Shown here: positions 58,793-64,000 of the stretch, in pieces
How the letters are laid out: each line of letters starts with the position of its first letter
Position numbering within the stretch: the stretch's first letter is position 1
Assembly (NCBI GenBank): GCA_964581355.1
Contig: CAZOOA010000001.1
Coordinates: forward strand, 46,922 to 110,921
Source: an uncultured Desulfovibrionaceae bacterium
GTDB taxonomy: Bacteria; Bacillota; Dethiobacteria; DTU022; UBA8154
Direction: 5' to 3'
DNA: 64,000 nt
Notes under the pieces: generated by a model
What the model was told of the DNA's origin: nothing
The model's database searches: none
What the model saw: only the letters and a program-made list of their open reading frames with translations
Program-made: the position numbers and the translations under genes

Positions 58793-59851
58793 ATGATCGA
58801 ATTTGAAATTGAAATGGAACTTTATGCTCAGATAAAAGTCATTGGTGTTGGGGGCGGAGGAAATAACGCCGTCAACAGGATGATCGCTGCAGGACTGAAA
58901 GGTGTGGACTTTATTTCTGTTAATACCGATGCGCAAGCCCTGGAACTGGCCAAAGCAGGTACCAAGCTTCAAATCGGCACAAAACTGACCAAAGGGTTGG
59001 GCTCTGGAGGCAATCCTGATATCGGCTGCCAGGCGGCAGAGGAAAGCAGGGAAGAGATTGAATCTGTTTTGAAAAGTTCCGATATGGTTTTTATCACTGC
59101 TGGCATGGGGGGAGGAACCGGCACCGGTGCTGCCCCTATTATTGCAGAAGCTGCCAAAAGCCTGGGTGCATTAACAGTGGGAGTGGTAACGCGTCCCTTT
59201 ACTTTTGAAGGACGCAAACGGATGAACCAGGCAGAGGAAGGCATTAAGCAGATGAAAGAAAAAGTGGATACGTTGATTATTATCCCCAATGATAAGCTTC
59301 TGCAGGTAGTGGATAAGCGTACTCCCCTGGTCGAGGCTTTCCGGATCGCCGATGATGTTCTCAGGCAGGGTGTTCAGGGTATATCTGATCTGATTGCCAT
59401 TCCTGGTCTGATCAATCTCGACTTTGCCGATGTGAGGACGATTATGCAGGAAACCGGGACTGCCTTGATGGGTGTGGGAAGTTCCAGTGGTGAAAACAGC
59501 GCCGTGGATGCGGCGAAAAATGCAATTTACAGCCCCTTACTGGAAACCTCAATAGATGGGGCCCGCGGTGTGCTGATTAATGTAACCGGGGGGAGCAATC
59601 TAAGCCTCTTTGAAGCCAATGAGGCGGCAGAAACCATTATAGATGCTGCTGATGATGATGCCAATATTATCTTTGGGGCTGTTATTGATGAAAATTTCCA
59701 GGAAGAAGCACGGGTTACTGTCATTGCCACCGGGTTTGACAAGGCTGCTCCAACTTCCCGGACGAAAGAAGAAGTGGCAGCGGAAGAACCCGTTAGCGAT
59801 TCAGATATTGATATTCCGGCATTTCTAAGGCGGCGCCGTTCCAGCCAGTAA
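58793..59851 (+). CDS. ftsZ: cell division GTPase FtsZ
   Basis: Has the tubulin signature GGGTGTG and the [16 protein letters not shown] motif. Confidence 0.95.
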   Translation: MIEFEIEMELYAQIKVIGVGGGGNNAVNRMIAAGLKGVDFISVNTDAQALELAKAGTKLQIGTKLTKGLGSGGNPDIGCQAAEESREEIESVLKSSDMVFITAGMGGGTGTGAAPIIAEAAKSLGALTVGVVTRPFTFEGRKRMNQAEEGIKQMKEKVDTLIIIPNDKLLQVVDKRTPLVEAFRIADDVLRQGVQGISDLIAIPGLINLDFADVRTIMQETGTALMGVGSSSGENSAVDAAKNAIYSPLLETSIDGARGVLINVTGGSNLSLFEANEAAETIIDAADDDANIIFGAVIDENFQEEARVTVIATGFDKAAPTSRTKEEVAAEEPVSDSDIDIPAFLRRRRSSQ

Positions 59852-59901
59852 TATACTGTTGGCGTTTTCGTTTTATTGACAACAATAGGGTTGATTCCCC
59901 A

Positions 59902-59935
59902 AAAGGCATGGTAAATACCGTGCCTTTTTTTATTT
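59902..59935 (+). terminator. intrinsic terminator downstream of ftsZ
   Basis: AAAGGCATGG-TAAATA-CCGTGCCTTT (10-bp stem with one G-U pair) is followed by a TTTTTTTATTT run. Confidence 0.7.
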
Positions 59936-60037
59936 CCAAAGCCAGATTGTAACAAAATTTTAAAGGCCTGGCCTTTATAATGATAATTAGATGGAATCTT
60001 GATTTTGGTCCGCTGGTGGCAGGCAGGTGACCATTGT

Positions 60038-60955
60038 ATGTACCTGGACCTGGTAATCATTTTGAACATTATTGTGAACACCTTTTTACTTGCCCTGACC
60101 GGTTTTATCGCTCGTCAAAGAACCACTTCCTTAAGGGTGCTGTCCGGCGGTATTCTGGGAGCCTCCTGCTTGCTTTTCTTATACGAGCCTGGGATTGTGC
60201 CGTTTGTGTCGGTGTTTCGCTTCCTGCTGCCATTTTTAATGCTTTGGGTTGCTTTCCGTCCCCGTTGTTGGGAACATTTTTTGTTGTTGTTTTTCGTTTT
60301 TACCCTGACCACCTTTCTCTTCGGTGGTATTATAATCTCCTTCAGCGCTGTAATTGCCCATTCCCAGCAAAATATTGCGGAAAGCAGCCTTTATGCCGTG
60401 CCGTCTGTACCATTTTTTATAATTGCCGCTTCCGGGCTTTACCTGTTCCTTCGCTTCCTGGTTTACCCACTGTTGTCCCGGCGGCTTCGTTTTCGCCTGC
60501 CTTCATCAACATTGGCACTGGAACTTGTTTTTCAAGGCAAAAAGAAAACGATGCATGCTTACCTGGATACAGGAAATATGCTCAAGGAACCCTTTACCGG
60601 CATGCCAGTAGCCGTGGCAGCGTATTCTGCGGTGCAGGATTTGCTGCCCCGAGGGGTTTGTGAACTTATCCGCCAATCCCCTGGTCTGGACTGGATGAAA
60701 ATGGAGAATGTCTATAAACAGCTGGACCAACCGGAAATATTTACCTGGGTTCCTTACCATAGCATTGGTGGCAGTGGTTTCCTGCTGGCGTTCAAACCTG
60801 AACAGGTAAGTGTTTGGAATGGAACACAGTGGACCGCAGTGTCCAACACGCTGCTGGTTGCCATTAAAGAAAAGCCTGGTGTAGTTTCAGGAGAGGATTT
60901 TGAAATTCTTTTGCCTCTGGAAATATGGTTGCAAGTGGAGGCCGGGGAGTGTTGA
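60038..60955 (+). CDS. spoIIGA: sporulation sigma-E factor-processing peptidase SpoIIGA
   Basis: Has a 5-TM N-terminal domain and a C-terminal aspartic protease motif (YLDTGN). The start at 60038 follows an AGGCAGGTGA RBS. Confidence 0.85.
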   Translation: MYLDLVIILNIIVNTFLLALTGFIARQRTTSLRVLSGGILGASCLLFLYEPGIVPFVSVFRFLLPFLMLWVAFRPRCWEHFLLLFFVFTLTTFLFGGIIISFSAVIAHSQQNIAESSLYAVPSVPFFIIAASGLYLFLRFLVYPLLSRRLRFRLPSSTLALELVFQGKKKTMHAYLDTGNMLKEPFTGMPVAVAAYSAVQDLLPRGVCELIRQSPGLDWMKMENVYKQLDQPEIFTWVPYHSIGGSGFLLAFKPEQVSVWNGTQWTAVSNTLLVAIKEKPGVVSGEDFEILLPLEIWLQVEAGEC

Positions 60956-60960
60956 ACAAA

Positions 60961-61692
60961 ATGGAAAAAATGAAACGTCGTTACTGGAATGTAAGGCTTA
61001 AGCTGCTTCATTTAACCCGAAAGTTTGGTTTAAGCTATGGGAAAATTATTTACTATGTCAGCAACAACAAAGCGTTGCCACCGCCACTTACACGGGAAGA
61101 GGAGTCTTCACTGCTGGAACAATTAAAGACAGGCGATGAGCAGGTTCGCACCTCATTAATCGAAAGGAACCTCCGGTTGGTAGTCTATATTGCAAGAAAG
61201 TTTGAAAATACGGGACTGGCAGTGGACGATCTGGTGTCTATTGGGACCATTGGACTGATTAAAGCGGTTAATACATTTGATCCTCATAAGAACATTAAGC
61301 TGGCCACTTACGCTTCAAAATGTATTGAAAATGAAATATTAATGTATTTGAGGCGGAACAACAAACTTAAAGCGGAAATATCTTTCGATGAACCCTTGAA
61401 TGTGGACTGGGACGGAAACGAATTGCTCCTTTCTGATGTGCTGGGTACGGAAGATGATCTGGTTATTCGCAACCTTGAAGAGGAAGTGGATAGGAAACTT
61501 CTCTACATGGCTATTGACAAGCTTTCCGCCAGGGAAAAAAAGATTATGCAATTACGATTTGGTTTACACAACAGGCAGGAAAAAACACAGAAAGAAGTCG
61601 CTGAGCTGTTAGGTATTTCTCAGTCTTATATTTCCCGACTGGAAAAAAGAATCATCAAAAGGTTGAAAAAAGAGATAAAAAAAATGGAATAA
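60961..61692 (+). CDS. sigE: RNA polymerase sporulation sigma factor SigE (pro-sigma-E)
   Basis: Has a pro-sequence followed by [11 protein letters not shown], and sigma-70 regions 2-4. The start is 60961 or 60970. Confidence 0.9.
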   Translation: MEKMKRRYWNVRLKLLHLTRKFGLSYGKIIYYVSNNKALPPPLTREEESSLLEQLKTGDEQVRTSLIERNLRLVVYIARKFENTGLAVDDLVSIGTIGLIKAVNTFDPHKNIKLATYASKCIENEILMYLRRNNKLKAEISFDEPLNVDWDGNELLLSDVLGTEDDLVIRNLEEEVDRKLLYMAIDKLSAREKKIMQLRFGLHNRQEKTQKEVAELLGISQSYISRLEKRIIKRLKKEIKKME

Positions 61693-61775
61693 TAACATCT
61701 GGAATAAAAACAGATTTGGGAGGAAATAATTTAAATGTAAATAAAGTCAATGTTCAACAGGGAGAGGATCGATCA

Positions 61776-62546
61776 GTGAACAAGGTTGAAATATGTGGAG
61801 TGAATACTGCCAAACTTCCCGTGTTGACCAATAATGAGATGCGCCAGTTATTTGTTCAGGTTCAGGAGGGAAACAGCAAGGCCAGGGAAAAACTGATCAG
61901 TGGCAACTTAAGGCTGGTTTTGAGTGTCATCCAGCGTTTTCATAACCGGGGTGAGCTGGTAGATGACCTTTTCCAGGTAGGTTGTATCGGGTTAATTAAG
62001 GCGATCGACAATTTTGACCTGGAACAAAATGTCAAGTTTTCCACTTATGCAGTTCCGATGATTATCGGTGAAATCCGCCGCTATCTTCGTGATAACACTC
62101 CTGTAAGGGTAAGTCGTTCCCTGCGGGATATTGCCTACAAGGTTTTGCAGGTCAGGGATCACATGGCCCATAAAATGTCCCGAGAACCCAGCCTGGAAGA
62201 AATAGCCAGGGAACTGGATTTCAGCAGGGAAGAAATAATTCTGGCCCTGGATTCCATCCAGGAACCGGTTTCTTTATTTGAGCCTATCTATCATGACGGT
62301 GGAGATCCTATTTTTGTCATGGATCAAATAAGCGATGAAAAAAATTGCGATGAAAAATGGCTGGAAGTATTATCGATCAAAGATGCCTTACACCAGCTGA
62401 ACGACAGGGAAAAGAACATTTTAATGCTGCGATTTTTTCGGGGCAAAACACAAATGGAGGTTGCTGAAGAAATAGGTATTTCCCAGGCCCAGGTATCCAG
62501 GCTGGAAAAATCAGCATTAACTCAAATTCGGAAAAATATTCAATGA
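61776..62546 (+). CDS. sigG: RNA polymerase sporulation sigma factor SigG
   Basis: Reads VNKVEICGVNTAKLPVLTNNEMRQLF... with sigma-70 regions 2-4. The GTG start at 61776 follows an AGGGAGAGG RBS. The ORF-track start is 61716. Confidence 0.9.
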   Translation: MNKVEICGVNTAKLPVLTNNEMRQLFVQVQEGNSKAREKLISGNLRLVLSVIQRFHNRGELVDDLFQVGCIGLIKAIDNFDLEQNVKFSTYAVPMIIGEIRRYLRDNTPVRVSRSLRDIAYKVLQVRDHMAHKMSREPSLEEIARELDFSREEIILALDSIQEPVSLFEPIYHDGGDPIFVMDQISDEKNCDEKWLEVLSIKDALHQLNDREKNILMLRFFRGKTQMEVAEEIGISQAQVSRLEKSALTQIRKNIQ

Positions 62547-62613
62547 AACCGTTTTTCTTTTCACGGCTGTCTCGGACAAAATAATTCTAACCGCTTGTAA
62601 AGGAGGGGATATA

Positions 62614-62841
62614 ATGTGGAAGCAGCCCAGCAATAACAAAAAACCTGCAATGGCCATGCTGGTTGCTGCATGCTGCACCTTTCTCTTGCCCCCGGTTGTT
62701 GATCACAACGAGGCCGTGTTTGCTTATAACTTGCAAAATTTGGCCGGAATGACGCAGCTTGAACAGGTATTAACGGACCGGGAAGAAGAGAACTTAAGCC
62801 CAGGCACCGGGAACAGCATTGCTCCAAGAAGCAGGATGTAA
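62614..62841 (+). CDS. hypothetical small membrane protein (75 aa)
   Basis: It has a strong RBS AAAGGAGGGGA 7 nt upstream of the ATG and one predicted TM segment (AMAMLVAACCTFLLPPVV). No family was recognised. Confidence 0.3.
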   Translation: MWKQPSNNKKPAMAMLVAACCTFLLPPVVDHNEAVFAYNLQNLAGMTQLEQVLTDREEENLSPGTGNSIAPRSRM

Positions 62842-62923
62842 AATATACTGGCAGAGATGAAACAAAGGTCAAGCAAGACAACAAAGACAAGAAAGTGGAC
62901 AGAAAAAGATAGAGTGTGATAAC

Positions 62924-62948
62924 GCCGGGTTCCCGGCGAGTTTTATTG
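62924..62948 (+). terminator. intrinsic terminator
   Basis: CGCCGGG-TTC-CCGGCG is followed by AGTTTTATTGTT. Confidence 0.6.
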
Positions 62949-63030
62949 TTGGGCCTATGCATGGTCTTGGATTTGTAATATAATGAAGGAAGATAAAACC
63001 TGGGAAAACCGGGAAAGAGGAGGCGCAGTT

Positions 63031-63282
63031 ATGGCTCGAATCAACGATCTTAGAGACAGGGATGTTGTAAATGTCAATGATGGCAAAAGATTGGGTGTTA
63101 TCAGTGACGTCGACCTGGATATAGAAAATGGTACGGTAAAAGCAATTGTCATTCCGGGGGCCGGTGGCTTCATGGGGGTGCTGGGTAAAAAGGCAGACCT
63201 GGTTATCCCCTGGGATAAGATTGTAAAAGTAGGTGTGGATACAATTTTGGTAGACTATCCCGTGGAAACAGAAGAGGCATAA
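63031..63282 (+). CDS. YlmC/YmxH-family sporulation protein (PRC-barrel)
   Basis: Reads MARINDLRDRDVVNVNDGKRLGVISDVDLDIENGTVKAIVIPG. The ATG at 63031 follows a GAGGAGG RBS. Confidence 0.75.
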   Translation: MARINDLRDRDVVNVNDGKRLGVISDVDLDIENGTVKAIVIPGAGGFMGVLGKKADLVIPWDKIVKVGVDTILVDYPVETEEA

Positions 63283-63355
63283 CTGGACACTGACCGTACG
63301 GTTGTTATATAATGAAATTACTTGAGTAAGAGAGGGAGAAGAGGAGGGCTGCGAC

Positions 63356-63835
63356 ATGATGAGATGTCCTTATTGTGGTGAATATGAAAGCAAAGCAGTA
63401 GATACTCGTTCTTATGATGAAGGCGAATCCATCCGTAGGCGCCGGGAATGTTTGCAGTGCGGGAAACATTTTACCACCTTTGAAAAAATGGAAGAGGTTC
63501 CGATTTTTGTCATGAAACGGGATGGGTTTAAACAAATTTTTGACCGCAATAAAATTATGGAAGGCTTAATCAGGGCCGGTGAAAAGCGCCAGATTTCCAT
63601 GCAGACGTTCCAAAATATCGTTGATGAAGTTGAAAGAGAACTGAGAAATGAAGAGATCCAGGAGATTAATTCGGAAGTGATCGGCAACATGGTCCTGGAT
63701 AAACTGCTTCAAATTGACGAAGTTGCCTATGTTCGTTACGCATCGGTATTCCATCGCTACCAGGATATCGAAGAATTTAAAGAGGAGCTGGATAAGGTCA
63801 TATCAATGCGCAAGCAAAGCCCTGGTTCCGAGTAA
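63356..63835 (+). CDS. nrdR: transcriptional repressor NrdR
   Basis: Has an N-terminal zinc ribbon (CPYCG...CLQCG) and an ATP-cone domain. Confidence 0.9.
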   Translation: MMRCPYCGEYESKAVDTRSYDEGESIRRRRECLQCGKHFTTFEKMEEVPIFVMKRDGFKQIFDRNKIMEGLIRAGEKRQISMQTFQNIVDEVERELRNEEIQEINSEVIGNMVLDKLLQIDEVAYVRYASVFHRYQDIEEFKEELDKVISMRKQSPGSE

Positions 63836-64000
63836 ATGACTTTCTGGGCAAAGACTGCTAACAAGCCGGTTTGTTTTCCAACAAAAATGATTATTTAAAG
63901 TAAAAAGCTATCTGGCAAAGAAAAGGTGATCACTTGACAGAAGAAACCTTCCCTTTCAGGGAAATTAAAAAAAGGGATGGACGAATTGTCGAGTTTTGTC

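Noticed and set aside
62869-63357. 162-aa minus-strand ORF
   Set aside because: It is antisense to ylmC/ymxH and its promoter region. The + strand gene has the conserved PRC-barrel sequence and RBS.
1-64000. Search for CRISPR arrays, rRNA/tRNA genes, IS transposases and defence-system genes
   Set aside because: None found. There are no regularly spaced direct repeats, no transposase or integrase ORFs, and no nuclease/helicase/methyltransferase islands. The window is core metabolism, cell-envelope and sporulation genes.

Overview
This 64 kb window is a core-chromosome segment of an endospore-forming Firmicute. It looks Clostridia or Peptococcaceae-like with moderately high GC, but no organism can be named from sequence alone. 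Almost every gene is on the + strand. In order, it contains:
- an FHA-domain::SEDS (RodA/FtsW) fusion gene translationally coupled to a class B PBP, then an RseC-like gene;
- a lysine riboswitch (L-box) controlling lysA, followed by a DAP/lysine cluster (lysA-dapF-dapL-asd-lysC);
- a T-box leader in front of an aromatic amino acid operon (DAHP synthase, tyrA, aroA);
- a hypothetical membrane protein and a contiguous bacillithiol operon (bshC-bshB-bshA);
- a partial his operon (hisH-hisA-hisF-hisIE), an Rrf2 regulator, ogt, aroC, aroB and an HD-domain protein;
- the secD-secF-lapA-like-recJ-relA-dtd block, a minus-strand SH3b amidase, hisS, aspS and mgtE;
- the complete dcw cluster (mraZ to ftsZ) followed by spoIIGA-sigE-sigG, ylmC and nrdR.
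The most unusual signal is a dispersed family of about 110-190 bp intergenic hairpin elements with terminal inverted repeats (TAATTGCTCAG...CTGAGCAGTTA). There are at least five clear copies and one degenerate region. Two copies are flanked by 8-9 bp direct repeats, which fits MITE-like target-site duplication. One sits inside the his operon, one inside the dcw cluster, and one exactly at the hisS ribosome-binding site, whose GGAGG is part of the duplicated flank. No CRISPR array, rRNA, tRNA or obvious defence island is present.
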